Below are positions 9,105 to 18,559 of a DNA stretch of 64,000 nucleotides, in pieces. Within the stretch, counting starts at the first letter, position 1; each line of letters begins with the position of its first letter. The translations under genes were made by a program, and so were the position numbers. The DNA is taken from the NCBI GenBank assembly GCA_963815515.1, contig CAWFGP010000003.1, forward strand, positions 701,513 to 765,512, written 5' to 3'. The notes under the pieces are model-generated. The model was given only the letters and a program-made list of their open reading frames with translations. It was not told where the DNA came from and did not search any database. Source of the stretch: an uncultured Gemmatimonadales bacterium (lineage in GTDB: Bacteria; Gemmatimonadota; Gemmatimonadetes; Gemmatimonadales; GWC2-71-9).

Positions 9105-10117
9105 GACGCCTCGCGGGCGAGGAGATCGGTGGCCAACCGGACGTACAGCTCCACGCCGCGCAGCAGGTCGGCCTTGCGGATGTGCTCCTGGGCGGTGTGC
9201 GCGACCTTGATCGTGCCCGGCCCGAGCTGGTAGCACTCGCCCCAGCCCGCGAGGAACGGCAGGTCGCTGGCGTAGCTCACGACGGTCGTGTCCCAGCCTG
9301 GCGGCACGGTCCCCGCCTTGTGACTGGGCAGCTCGACCGGGAACGCGATGGCGACGCCCGGGCCGGCCAGCGCCTGGATCGCGGCCTTGAGCGGGCCGGT
9401 GGGCTCGACCGTGCGGATCAGGATCTGCGCGCTGGCCTCGGGAGCGAGCACGTTGGGCGCGACCCCGCCCTCGATGAGCCCGACATTGAGCGTCGAGGAA
9501 CCGAGCAGTGGGTCGCGCGGGAGCGGCATCCGCCGGATGCGCTCGATGGTGTCGAGCAGCATGGCGACGGCGCTCTGCCCTTCATCGGGATAGGCGGAAT
9601 GGGCCGCGCGGCCCGTCGCCCTCAGGTCCACGCGGAGCGAGCCCTTCTGGCCGATCGAGAGGCGGTTCTCCGTCGGCTCGCCGTTGATCAGGAACCGCCC
9701 GCGGGGCTCCAGGCCGGCCGCGGCGCGGGCCCCGTCGGAGCCGTTCTCTTCGCCGACCAGGAACAGGAGCCCGATTCGCCGCTCGCCGCCCGCGGCCAGC
9801 TGCTCGGCCGCCGCGACCATCGCGGCGGCGAGGCCCTTGGCGTCGCAGCTCCCGCGGCCATGGATCGAGTCGGCGTCCTCGGAGAGCGGGAGATACGGCG
9901 GCACGCAATCCACGTGGGTGGAGAACACCAGCGCCGGCGGCTCGCGGAAGGCGAGCAGGTTGTCGCGCCCAGGCGTGACCGGCTGCCGCAGCGTGCGGTA
10001 GCCCGCCCCGCGGAGCGCGCCGTCGAGCAGGTCGGTGGCCGGCCCCTCCGACCCGGTCGGGGTCTCGAGGGCCACCAGCGCGCGCGTGAGCCCGAAGGCG
10101 TCGGCCAATGCGTCCAT
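9101..10117 (-). CDS. M20 family metallopeptidase (ArgE/DapE-like; candidate succinyl-diaminopimelate desuccinylase by context)
   Basis: 338-aa ORF with HVDCVP...HGRGSCDAKG...GEENGSDG metal-ligand motifs. First gene of the asd-lysC-dap block. Confidence 0.7.
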   Translation of the reverse strand: MDALADAFGLTRALVALETPTGSEGPATDLLDGALRGAGYRTLRQPVTPGRDNLLAFREPPALVFSTHVDCVPPYLPLSEDADSIHGRGSCDAKGLAAAMVAAAEQLAAGGERRIGLLFLVGEENGSDGARAAAGLEPRGRFLINGEPTENRLSIGQKGSLRVDLRATGRAAHSAYPDEGQSAVAMLLDTIERIRRMPLPRDPLLGSSTLNVGLIEGGVAPNVLAPEASAQILIRTVEPTGPLKAAIQALAGPGVAIAFPVELPSHKAGTVPPGWDTTVVSYASDLPFLAGWGECYQLGPGTIKVAHTAQEHIRKADLLRGVELYVRLATDLLAREAS

Positions 10118-10266
10118 GAATGCAAAGTGCCCCGCCGGCGAGGGGCGCGGCAGGGCTCCAGGTTGAAGAGAGGCGGCAGTGCCCCGGGCCAGGTACTATT
10201 GATCCACGGCGCAAGTTAGGGAAGCCGCCAAGACGCGGCAAGGTGCTTCGGCACCAGGAGGTTTCC

Positions 10267-10755
10267 ATGTGGGCCCGCCTCCAGTTTCTCGTTCCGCTCG
10301 CGGTCCTGGCACTCGCCGCCTGCGGCGAAACCTTCATCGACATCTCCTCCGACGGCCGGATCGAAGTGTCCGTCACCACCAGCGGCACCGATCCGGATGC
10401 CGACGGCTTCCGTGTCACCGTCGACGGCGGAACCACGCGCTCGGTCGCTCCGGGCGCGAGCGTCGTCCTCGACAGCCTGGGCGAGGGGAGCCACAGTGTC
10501 CTGCTGACCGGGCTGGCGGAGAACTGCCAGGTCGTCGGCACCAATCCCCGATCCGTGGTCGTGGGCCCGGACGGGCGTGCGGACGTGTCGTTCGACGTGC
10601 GCTGCGCCCGGGCGACGAAGGGAGGATTCACCATCCAGGTCGGCACCGTGTGCGAGGCCGACGGCTATGCCCTTGCGGTGGCCGGCGCATCGATCCGAGG
10701 GGTCGGCCCAGCGCCAGCGAGGCGGCTCGTGGTGGCCTGCGGCGACCTGTCCTGA
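10267..10755 (+). CDS. lipoprotein, function unknown
   Basis: ORF 10120..10755. The ATG at 10267 has AGGAGG 6 nt upstream. Lipobox in MWARLQFLVPLAVLALAAC|GE. Confidence 0.6.
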   Translation: MWARLQFLVPLAVLALAACGETFIDISSDGRIEVSVTTSGTDPDADGFRVTVDGGTTRSVAPGASVVLDSLGEGSHSVLLTGLAENCQVVGTNPRSVVVGPDGRADVSFDVRCARATKGGFTIQVGTVCEADGYALAVAGASIRGVGPAPARRLVVACGDLS

Positions 10756-10756
10756 C

Positions 10757-12109
10757 TCAGCTCACCGCCCGGGCCGCGGCGTCCGCGGTCCGCGCCTCGC
10801 GCTGGCCCTCGTCCAGGTTCACGAACGCCAGGATGGCCGCGCCCACGGCAAAGAAGCCGATGACGCTGAGAATCGCGTTGCGGCTCGATCCGGTGGCCGC
10901 GATCGTTCCCGCGAAGATCAGCGGGCCGAAGATACCCGCGAACTTCTCGAACACGCTGAAGAAACCGAAGAACTCCCCACTCTTGTGCTGCGGGATCATG
11001 CTGGCGAAGAGCGACCGGCTCAGCGCCTGCGTGCCGCCCTGCACCATCCCCACGAGGCCCGCCAGCACGTAGAAGTGCGCGGCCGTCTTCATGTAGAAGC
11101 CGAGGATGCTGATGGCTGTGTAGGCCAGCAGCCCGAGGAACAGCGCCCGCTTCGCCCCGATCCTGCCTGCCAGCATGCCGAACAGGAACGAGCACGGGAT
11201 CCCCACGAACTGCACCAGCAGGATGGCGCCGATGAGCGCGCTCTGGTCGATGCCGAGCTCGGTGCCGTAGGCCGTGGCCATCTTGATGATGGTCTGGATG
11301 CCGTCGTTGTAGATCAGGAACGCCAGCAGCATCAGGAAGGCCTGCCGGTAGCCGCGGAGCTCCCGGAAGGTCTCGCCCAGACGCACGAAGGCCATCCGGA
11401 TCGGGCTTTGCCCCTTCTGCTCGTCCGGCTCCAGCCGCCGCGGTGGCTCCGGCACCCGCCGGAACAGCGGGATCGAGAACACCAGCCACCAGACCGCGAC
11501 GCTCAGGAACGCCAGCCGCGCCGGCAGCGTGGCCGCCGATTCATCGAGGCCCGGACCGGCGGGCAGCCCGAACCACCCCGGCTTCTGGATCCACGCGAGG
11601 TTGAGCGCCAGCAGGATTCCGCCGCCGACGTAGCCGAGCGCGTACCCGGCGGTCGAGATGCGGTCGAGCTCCCCGCCGCGCGCGATGTGCGGCAGCAGCG
11701 CCTCGTAGAACACGAAGCTTCCCGCCACGCCGATGAGCGCGAGCACGAAGAGCCAACTGGCGAGGGTGAGATCACCCGTGTGGACGAAGAACAGGCCGGC
11801 CACCGCGGCGGCGCCCACCGCCATGAACGCGGCGATGAACCGTTTCTTGTTCCCGCCGTAGTCGGAGACGGCGCCGAGCACCGGCGAGGCGAGCGCGATG
11901 AGCACGAGCGCGATCGTGTTCACCGTCGCCAGGCGCTGGGTGGCACCGCCTCCGGCCAGTCCCGCGCCGGCGACCTTGACGAAGTAGATGGGGAAGACCG
12001 CGACCATCACCGTGGTCTGCATGGCGGACGCGGCCCAGTCGTACATGGCCCAGGCGCGGAGCTCCGGCCGGTCGAGGCCCAGGCGGGCAAGCAGCGATGG
12101 TCTGGGCAT
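10757..12109 (-). CDS. MFS transporter (UMF1/Atg22-like)
   Basis: 450-aa polytopic ORF. N-terminus ...LRAWAMYDWAASAMQTTVMVAVFPIYF resembles the UMF1 family. Its stop is 1 nt from the convergent lipoprotein stop. Confidence 0.75.
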   Translation of the reverse strand: MPRPSLLARLGLDRPELRAWAMYDWAASAMQTTVMVAVFPIYFVKVAGAGLAGGGATQRLATVNTIALVLIALASPVLGAVSDYGGNKKRFIAAFMAVGAAAVAGLFFVHTGDLTLASWLFVLALIGVAGSFVFYEALLPHIARGGELDRISTAGYALGYVGGGILLALNLAWIQKPGWFGLPAGPGLDESAATLPARLAFLSVAVWWLVFSIPLFRRVPEPPRRLEPDEQKGQSPIRMAFVRLGETFRELRGYRQAFLMLLAFLIYNDGIQTIIKMATAYGTELGIDQSALIGAILLVQFVGIPCSFLFGMLAGRIGAKRALFLGLLAYTAISILGFYMKTAAHFYVLAGLVGMVQGGTQALSRSLFASMIPQHKSGEFFGFFSVFEKFAGIFGPLIFAGTIAATGSSRNAILSVIGFFAVGAAILAFVNLDEGQREARTADAAARAVS

Positions 12110-12244
12110 GGGACGGAAGATGACCGGCCCCGGCCCGGGTGCAACCCTTCGTGAGGTGGACGCCGCACTGGCGGAGGCGGTCTCGAGGCGGAATACTTCT
12201 GACCGCTCCTGCTGTTCTCATCCGCCTTCCCCCAGGATGCCCGA

Positions 12245-14698
12245 ATGCGATCGCCGCTCTGTCTGCTGTTCTCCGCCATGCTGTCCACCGGGATGATCCT
12301 TCCGGCCAATGCCCAAACGTCCCGTGTCGCAACCTCGCCGGCCGCGCTGATCGGATTCGGCGGCGGAGCGGCCGTCGCGGGCGGGCAGGTTCTCGTCGGT
12401 CGCCCCGGTCTCCTGGCCAGCTTTCCCATGCCGGCGTCGCAGGCCGGGGCCGTTCTCGTTTTCCGGCGCGGCGCCCGAGGCAGTTGGACGCAGGCGGCCG
12501 TGCTGGCGCCAAAGGATGGGGAGGTGGGCGACGGATTCGGCGCGGCGCTGGCGGCGGAAGGCACCCTGGCCGCCGTTGGAGCGCCCGACGCCGCGCACCG
12601 ATCCGGCGCCGTCTACATCTACGAACGCGACCGGTCCGGTCGGTGGACCCAGCGGGCGCGTCTCGTGCCCGCGGCACCGAGCGCGGGAGAGCGTTTCGGG
12701 GCCGCGCTCGCGGTGCAGGGCGGGGTCCTCCTGGTCGGAGCCCCGGGCGATACGACCTTGCCGGGTCGCGTCGTCGTGTTCCGGCGAGGCAAGAGCTCGG
12801 CCCAGTGGTCGGAGGAAGGCGTGCTGAGCGGCTCAGGGGCCTCGGCAGGCGATCGGTTCGGCCGCTCGGTCGCCATCGGGCGCGACCGGGCGCTGGTCGG
12901 GATGACGGGTCCGGGCGGCAACGATTCGACCAGGTGGCGGCCAGGGGCGGCCTACGTCTTCCGGCACGGCGCAGGCGGCTGGACCGAAGAGGCGGTGCTC
13001 CGGGCGGATTCGGCGTCGGGGCCGCCTTCCTTCGGCGTATCGGTCCTCCTCGACGGCGACGACGCACTGATCGGCCATCCCGTGGCCGACAGCCTGGCCG
13101 GCCAGGTGATCGGCTTTCACCGCGGAGCGGACGGCCGGTGGACCCGCGCCGTGACGCTCGCCGCCGCGACCCCACAGCGCCCGGCGGCCTTCGGCGCCTC
13201 GCTCGCGCGCGATGGGCGCGACCTCTTCGTGGGCGCGACCGCCTCCGACTCGGGCGCCGGCGCGGTTCACGTGCTTCGGCGCGACGCCGCCGGAGCGTAC
13301 GCCGAGCTCCGGCGGTTCGGGACCGAGAAGCTCGGGTTCGGGACCCAGATGGGGTACGTGGTCGCCGCAAGCGGCGGCGTCGCGGCGGCGGGTGCGCCGC
13401 TCGCGAGCTTCTTCGAAGGCTTCACCAACGTCTACGAGCGCGACGCGGCCAGCGGCGAGTGGCGCGCGAGCGCCACCCTGACCGACACCGCCGGAAGCGC
13501 TTTCCCGGCCGTGACCGGCGGGGAGGTCACCTGTCAGAGCGGCAAGGCGCGGACGTTCGAGTGCCGCGACGCGGACCTCGTCTCCTATCTGCCGGCCAAG
13601 GCCATCGGCGCCGAGCGCGGCGTGCTGATCAACGACCTCTGGGGCTGGACCGACACGACGACCGGCCGCGAGTTCGCTCTCGTCGGGCGCACCGATGGCA
13701 CCGCGTTCGTGGAAGTCACCGATCCCGCCCGGCCGGTGTTCCTGGGCTCGCTGCCGCTCACCGAAGGCGCGCGCTCGAACATCTGGCGCGACATCAAGGT
13801 CTACAAGAACCATGCGTACATCGTCGCCGACGGCGCGGGGCCGCACGGGATCCAGATCTTCGACCTCACGCAGCTCCGGCACGTGGCCGGTGCCCCGGTG
13901 ACGTTCCGTGAGACCGCGCACTACGACCGGATCTTCAGTGCGCACAACATCGTCATCAACCCGGAGAGCGGCTTCGCCTTTACCGTCGGCAACAGCATGG
14001 GCGGGGAGACCTGTGGCGGCGGGCTCCACATGGTGGACATCCGGGACCCGGAGCGGCCCAGGTTCGCCGGGTGCCAGGCCGACCCGACCACCGGCAGGTC
14101 GCGCACCGGCTACATCCACGACGCGCAGTGCGTCACGTACCACGGGCCGGATGAGCAGTATCGGGGCCGGGAGATCTGCTTCAACGCCTCGGAAACCGCC
14201 CTCGGCATCGCCGACGTGACCGACAAGAGCGCCCCCCGGCCGCTCAGCACCGCCGCCTATCCGAACGTCGCCTACGCCCACCAGGGATGGCTGAGCGAGG
14301 ACCAGCGTTACTTCTACCTGGACGACGAGGGGGACGAGCTCGCGGGCACCGCCCCCCACACCCGGACGGTCATCTTCGACGTGGCTGACCTCGACGACCC
14401 GGTCGTGGCCAAGGAGTACTTCGGGGAGACCGCCGCCTCCGACCACAACCTGTACGTCCGCGGGAGCTACATCTACGAGTCGAACTACGTGTCGGGCCTC
14501 CGGGTCATCGACGCCAAGGATCCCGTGAACCTCGTGGAGGTGGGATACTTCGACACGGTGCCGTTGGGTGAGAACGCCCCTGGGTTCGCGGGCTCGTGGA
14601 GCAACTATCCATTCTTCAAGAGCGGCATCGTGGCGGTGACCAGCATGCGGGAGGGGTTGTTCATGATTCGTGCGCGGCCCGCGGCGGTGGTGCCGTGA
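12245..14698 (+). CDS. secreted FG-GAP-repeat protein with C-terminal choice-of-anchor-B/LVIVD-like beta-propeller
   Basis: 817 aa with a signal peptide (...ILPANAQ). N-terminal half carries repeated GFGAALA..G.LAAVGAP....SGAVYIYER units. C-terminal half (..INDLWGWTD...GREFALVG..DGTAFVEVTDPA.P...NIWRDIKVYKNHAYIVADG...GIQIFDL...) resembles choice-of-anchor B proteins. Confidence 0.7.
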   Translation: MRSPLCLLFSAMLSTGMILPANAQTSRVATSPAALIGFGGGAAVAGGQVLVGRPGLLASFPMPASQAGAVLVFRRGARGSWTQAAVLAPKDGEVGDGFGAALAAEGTLAAVGAPDAAHRSGAVYIYERDRSGRWTQRARLVPAAPSAGERFGAALAVQGGVLLVGAPGDTTLPGRVVVFRRGKSSAQWSEEGVLSGSGASAGDRFGRSVAIGRDRALVGMTGPGGNDSTRWRPGAAYVFRHGAGGWTEEAVLRADSASGPPSFGVSVLLDGDDALIGHPVADSLAGQVIGFHRGADGRWTRAVTLAAATPQRPAAFGASLARDGRDLFVGATASDSGAGAVHVLRRDAAGAYAELRRFGTEKLGFGTQMGYVVAASGGVAAAGAPLASFFEGFTNVYERDAASGEWRASATLTDTAGSAFPAVTGGEVTCQSGKARTFECRDADLVSYLPAKAIGAERGVLINDLWGWTDTTTGREFALVGRTDGTAFVEVTDPARPVFLGSLPLTEGARSNIWRDIKVYKNHAYIVADGAGPHGIQIFDLTQLRHVAGAPVTFRETAHYDRIFSAHNIVINPESGFAFTVGNSMGGETCGGGLHMVDIRDPERPRFAGCQADPTTGRSRTGYIHDAQCVTYHGPDEQYRGREICFNASETALGIADVTDKSAPRPLSTAAYPNVAYAHQGWLSEDQRYFYLDDEGDELAGTAPHTRTVIFDVADLDDPVVAKEYFGETAASDHNLYVRGSYIYESNYVSGLRVIDAKDPVNLVEVGYFDTVPLGENAPGFAGSWSNYPFFKSGIVAVTSMREGLFMIRARPAAVVP

Positions 14699-15774
14699 CG
14701 CTCGCGCTGCGGCTCGCGATGGCTGCGCTGGTCGCCGCGACCCCGCTCGGGGCGCAGACCCGGCTCTACGTCACCAACCAGGACGACGCCACCGTCTCCG
14801 TCATCGACGCCGGCACCCGTCGGCTGCTCGAGACGGTGGACCTCCGTGCCTACGGCTTCGGCGACAACGCCCGGCCGCACCATGTCCAGGTCGAGCCCGA
14901 CGGCAAGTTCTGGTACGTCACGCTGATCGGGGCGGGCAAGGTGCTCAAGCTCGACCGGGCGAACAAGCTGGTGGGCAGCGTGAGCATGGAGGTGCCGGGC
15001 CTGATCGCGCTGGACCCGAAGGGCGACCTGATGTACGTAGGCCGCTCGATGAGCGCGGTGAACCCGCCGCCCCGAATCGCCATGATCCGGCGATCGGACA
15101 TGAAACTGCTCGACGAGGTGGACCTGCTCTTCCCGCGGCCCCACGGCATCATCTCGCCGCCCGGGGGCGGGCGGGTGTACGTGGCGAGCCTCGGCACCAA
15201 CCAGCTCGCGAGCGTCGGTGCCCAGGAGGAGGATGTGACGCTCACCGACATCCCGGGCTCCGCCGCCGGCTTCGTCCAGACCGCGATCTCGCCCGACGGC
15301 CGCTGGCTCGCGGTTACGGCCGAGCTGACCGATTCGCTCCTCGTGTTCGATCTGGCCGACCCGAAGCATCCGGCGCTCGCGCACGGCGTCTCGATGCCCG
15401 ACGGGCCGTTCGAGCCGGCGTTCACGCTCGACGGGCGATTCATCTACGTGACGAGTCTCCTGGCCAACCGCGTGTCGGTGGTGGATACGCGGAGCTGGGC
15501 GGTGGTGGATACCCTCACGAGCGAAGGCTTCAGCCAGCCGCACGGCCTGGCCATGTCCCCGGACGGGCGCTGGGTGTTCGTGAGCAACCGGCACCAGTCC
15601 GGCGGCGTGCACCAGCACGAAGGCGGGCAGCCGACCGGTGCGGGGACCGTGGTGGCGATTTGCGCCGCCACCCATACGGTGGACACGGTGCTCACGGTGG
15701 GCCAGTACGCCGCCGGGATGGGCATAGCCGCGCCCCGGAAACGCGTGGAGCGCCTGCCCGCACGGTGCCGCTGA
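14695..15774 (+). CDS. secreted YVTN-type beta-propeller repeat protein
   Basis: ORF 14596..15774. GTG 14695 overlaps the upstream TGA (GTGA). Signal peptide VTLALRLAMAALVAATPLGAQ. Repeated LYVTNQDDATVSVID / VYVASLGTNQL / IYVTSLLANRVSVVD units. Confidence 0.7.
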   Translation: MTLALRLAMAALVAATPLGAQTRLYVTNQDDATVSVIDAGTRRLLETVDLRAYGFGDNARPHHVQVEPDGKFWYVTLIGAGKVLKLDRANKLVGSVSMEVPGLIALDPKGDLMYVGRSMSAVNPPPRIAMIRRSDMKLLDEVDLLFPRPHGIISPPGGGRVYVASLGTNQLASVGAQEEDVTLTDIPGSAAGFVQTAISPDGRWLAVTAELTDSLLVFDLADPKHPALAHGVSMPDGPFEPAFTLDGRFIYVTSLLANRVSVVDTRSWAVVDTLTSEGFSQPHGLAMSPDGRWVFVSNRHQSGGVHQHEGGQPTGAGTVVAICAATHTVDTVLTVGQYAAGMGIAAPRKRVERLPARCR

Positions 15775-17636
15775 GCCGGTCTCTCGCCGCGGCGGCGCTG
15801 CTGCTCGCGGCTGCGTGCGCTCGTCCGGCCTCGCCGGTGGCCGACACACGACCGGCCGCGGGCCACCGCACACCCTCCTACCAGCCGGTGGTCTCCCCGT
15901 TTCCGGTGACCGACTCCAGCGGCCGGATGCTGGAGCTCGCCTTCCTCGGCGGCTTCAACGCGCCCCGCCCGCAACTGGTGGATGCCGACGGTGACGGCGA
16001 CCTCGACCTGTTCGTCCAGGAGACTACCGGGCAGGTGGCCTACTTCGAGCGCCGCGGCGAGGGCGACGGCCTCCCGCGCTTCGAGCTCCGCTCGACCCGC
16101 TACGGCGAGCTCGACGTCGGCGAATGGTACCGCTTCGCGGACGTAGACGGCGACGGGGATCTCGACCTGCTCGCGGAACAGCCCTACAGCTACATCAAGT
16201 ACTTTCGCAACGAGGGGGCGAGCGGTGTTCTCCGCTTCACGCTCGCGGCGGACACGCTACGGGACACCGACGGCGTTCCGATCTTCTCCGACCGCCAGAA
16301 CATCCCGCAACTGGGCGACCTCGATTGCAACGGGCGGGCCGACCTGCTGATCGGCAAGCTCGACGGCACCGTTGCGCGCTACGAGGCGGAGGCGCGCGAC
16401 TCGGCCGGCGTGCCGCGGTTCCGGCTGCTCGCCAAGGAATACGAGGGCATCCGGATCATCGGGCAGCAGGGGCTGCCGGCGCCGGCGCCGCTCTTCGGGC
16501 CGAGCATGCACGGCGCCAACACGATGGCGCTGGCGGACGCCGACGGTGACGGCGACCTCGATCTGTTCTGGGGTGATTTCTTCGAGCCCGGGCTGCTCCT
16601 CATCACCAACCGCGGCCGTTGCGCGGCGCCCGACTTCCGCGGCACGCCGACCCAGTTCCCGGCGGGACGGCCGATCCTCACCTCCGGCTACAACGCACCG
16701 GCCTTCGGCGATCTCTCCGGCGGCGGGCGACTCGAGCTGGTGCTCGGTGTGCTGGGCGGCGCCTACAATCCGTTGCGCACCTCCGCCGACAACCTGTTCT
16801 ACGTCGGCCGCACGCCTGCCGGCGACTGGGAGGTGCGCACGCGCCACCTGCTGCCGGCACTCGACGTCGGCAGCGAGAGCTTGCCGGCCATCGCGGACGT
16901 CGACGGCGACGGCGACCTGGACCTCGTCATCGGCAACAAGCTGGACCCGGCGGACCCTCGCACGTCGCGTCTCTACCTGGTGGAGAACGTCGGGGACCGG
17001 CACCGGCCGGCGCTCCGAATGAAGGGCGCCTTGCCGATCACAGGCCGGTACCACCAGGCGCCCGCGTTCGGCGACCTCGATGGCGACGGGCATCCCGATC
17101 TTCTGCTGGGCCAGTGGGGGCCGCGCATCGGCTGGTACCACGTGACTGCCGGCCGGATCGAGCCGGTGGATACCGCGCTCGTGACGATCACTCGCGGCAG
17201 CAATACCACGCCCACCCTGGGCGATCTGGACGGCGATGGGGATCTCGATCTGGTCGTCGGCGAGTCGTCCGGCGCGCTCAACTACTACCGCAACGACGGC
17301 GGCACCGCGCGGCCGGCGTTCAAGCTGGTCAGCGACGAATGGCAGCGGATCCACGTCGGCCGGCGAAGCGCTCCCCTGCTCGCCGACCTCGATGGAGACG
17401 GGGACCTCGACCTGCTCGTCGGCTCGGAGTCGGACGGCCTCGCGCTGTTTCTGAACACGGGGACGAGGTTCGCCGCACGATTCGAGCGGGACTCGGCGTT
17501 CGCGCCGGCCGTCCCGTCGCTCGCCGCGCCTGCGGCGGGAGATCTCGACGGGGACGGGGATCTCGATCTGGTGGTGGGTGAAGTAGGCGGCGGCGGGATC
17601 TATCTGCGGGCCGGCGCCGGGAAGGGGTTGCCTTAG
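15765..17636 (+). CDS. secreted FG-GAP/VCBS repeat protein (possible lipoprotein)
   Basis: Only the 3-prime part of ORF 14670..17636 is meaningful. GTG 15765 overlaps the upstream gene by 10 nt. N-terminus VPLSRSLAAAALLLAAAC, then at least eight D.DGDGDLDL.VG repeats. Confidence 0.7.
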   Translation: MPLSRSLAAAALLLAAACARPASPVADTRPAAGHRTPSYQPVVSPFPVTDSSGRMLELAFLGGFNAPRPQLVDADGDGDLDLFVQETTGQVAYFERRGEGDGLPRFELRSTRYGELDVGEWYRFADVDGDGDLDLLAEQPYSYIKYFRNEGASGVLRFTLAADTLRDTDGVPIFSDRQNIPQLGDLDCNGRADLLIGKLDGTVARYEAEARDSAGVPRFRLLAKEYEGIRIIGQQGLPAPAPLFGPSMHGANTMALADADGDGDLDLFWGDFFEPGLLLITNRGRCAAPDFRGTPTQFPAGRPILTSGYNAPAFGDLSGGGRLELVLGVLGGAYNPLRTSADNLFYVGRTPAGDWEVRTRHLLPALDVGSESLPAIADVDGDGDLDLVIGNKLDPADPRTSRLYLVENVGDRHRPALRMKGALPITGRYHQAPAFGDLDGDGHPDLLLGQWGPRIGWYHVTAGRIEPVDTALVTITRGSNTTPTLGDLDGDGDLDLVVGESSGALNYYRNDGGTARPAFKLVSDEWQRIHVGRRSAPLLADLDGDGDLDLLVGSESDGLALFLNTGTRFAARFERDSAFAPAVPSLAAPAAGDLDGDGDLDLVVGEVGGGGIYLRAGAGKGLP

Positions 17637-18559
17637 TCCGTGTTCCTGGCGCCCCGCCGGAGCGACAGCCCCACCGACGCGCCGAGCGTGAGCACGATGA
17701 CCGCCAGGCTCGCCAGGATGGGCACGTGCAGCCACGCGCTCGCCACCATCTTCCCGCCGACGAACACCAGGATCAGCGCCACCCCCGGCTTCAGGTAGAC
17801 GAACTTGTCTATCATCCCCGCCAGCACGAAGAAGAGCGCCCTGAGCCCCAGAATGGCGAACACATTGGAGCTGTACACCAGGAACGGATCGCGCGTGATC
17901 GCGAAGATGGCGGGAATGCTGTCGATGGCGAAGACCAGGTCGGACCACTCCACCACGAGGAGCACCAGCACCAGCGGCGTGGCGAGCAGCCGGCCGGTGC
18001 CGGTCCGGCAGGTGAAATTGGCGCCGTCGTAGCTGTTCGTGAACGGCAGTACCCGCCGCGCCAGCCGCACGATGGGGTTCTTCTCCGGCTCGATCCGCTG
18101 ATCCTGCTGCACCAGCATCCGGATACCGGTCACGATCAGGATCCCGCCGAAGACGTAGATGATCCACTCGAACCGATGGAGCAGCAGCGCGCCAACGGTG
18201 ATCATGATGAACCGCATCACGATCGCGCCGAGGATGCCCCACTTGAGCACCTTCGGCTGGGCCTCGGAGGGCACGCCGAAGTAGTTGAAGATCAGGATGA
18301 AGACGAAGAGATTGTCGACGCTGAGCGAGAGCTCGATCAGGTAGCCGGTGTAGTACTCGAGCGCGTGGTGCCATCCCTCGCGCGACCAGAGGAAGAGCCC
18401 GAACACAAACGCGAAGGCGATGAGCCCGAGACTCCAGGTCATCGCCTCCTTGAACGACAGCACGTGGGACCGCCGGTTGAGCACCCCCAGGTCGAGGACC
18501 AGGAGGGCGATCACGATCCCGGTGAAGCCCAGCCAGACGGCCAGGCCGTGGTGGCCCAC
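17633..18559 (-). CDS. TerC family integral membrane protein (family includes Mn2+ exporters)
   Basis: 308 aa. Motifs ELSLSVDNLFVFILIF and AIDSIPAIFAITRDPFLVYSSNVFAILGLRALFF. The GTG start at 18559 directly abuts the htpX stop (18560-18562). Confidence 0.85.
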   Translation of the reverse strand: MGHHGLAVWLGFTGIVIALLVLDLGVLNRRSHVLSFKEAMTWSLGLIAFAFVFGLFLWSREGWHHALEYYTGYLIELSLSVDNLFVFILIFNYFGVPSEAQPKVLKWGILGAIVMRFIMITVGALLLHRFEWIIYVFGGILIVTGIRMLVQQDQRIEPEKNPIVRLARRVLPFTNSYDGANFTCRTGTGRLLATPLVLVLLVVEWSDLVFAIDSIPAIFAITRDPFLVYSSNVFAILGLRALFFVLAGMIDKFVYLKPGVALILVFVGGKMVASAWLHVPILASLAVIVLTLGASVGLSLRRGARNTD

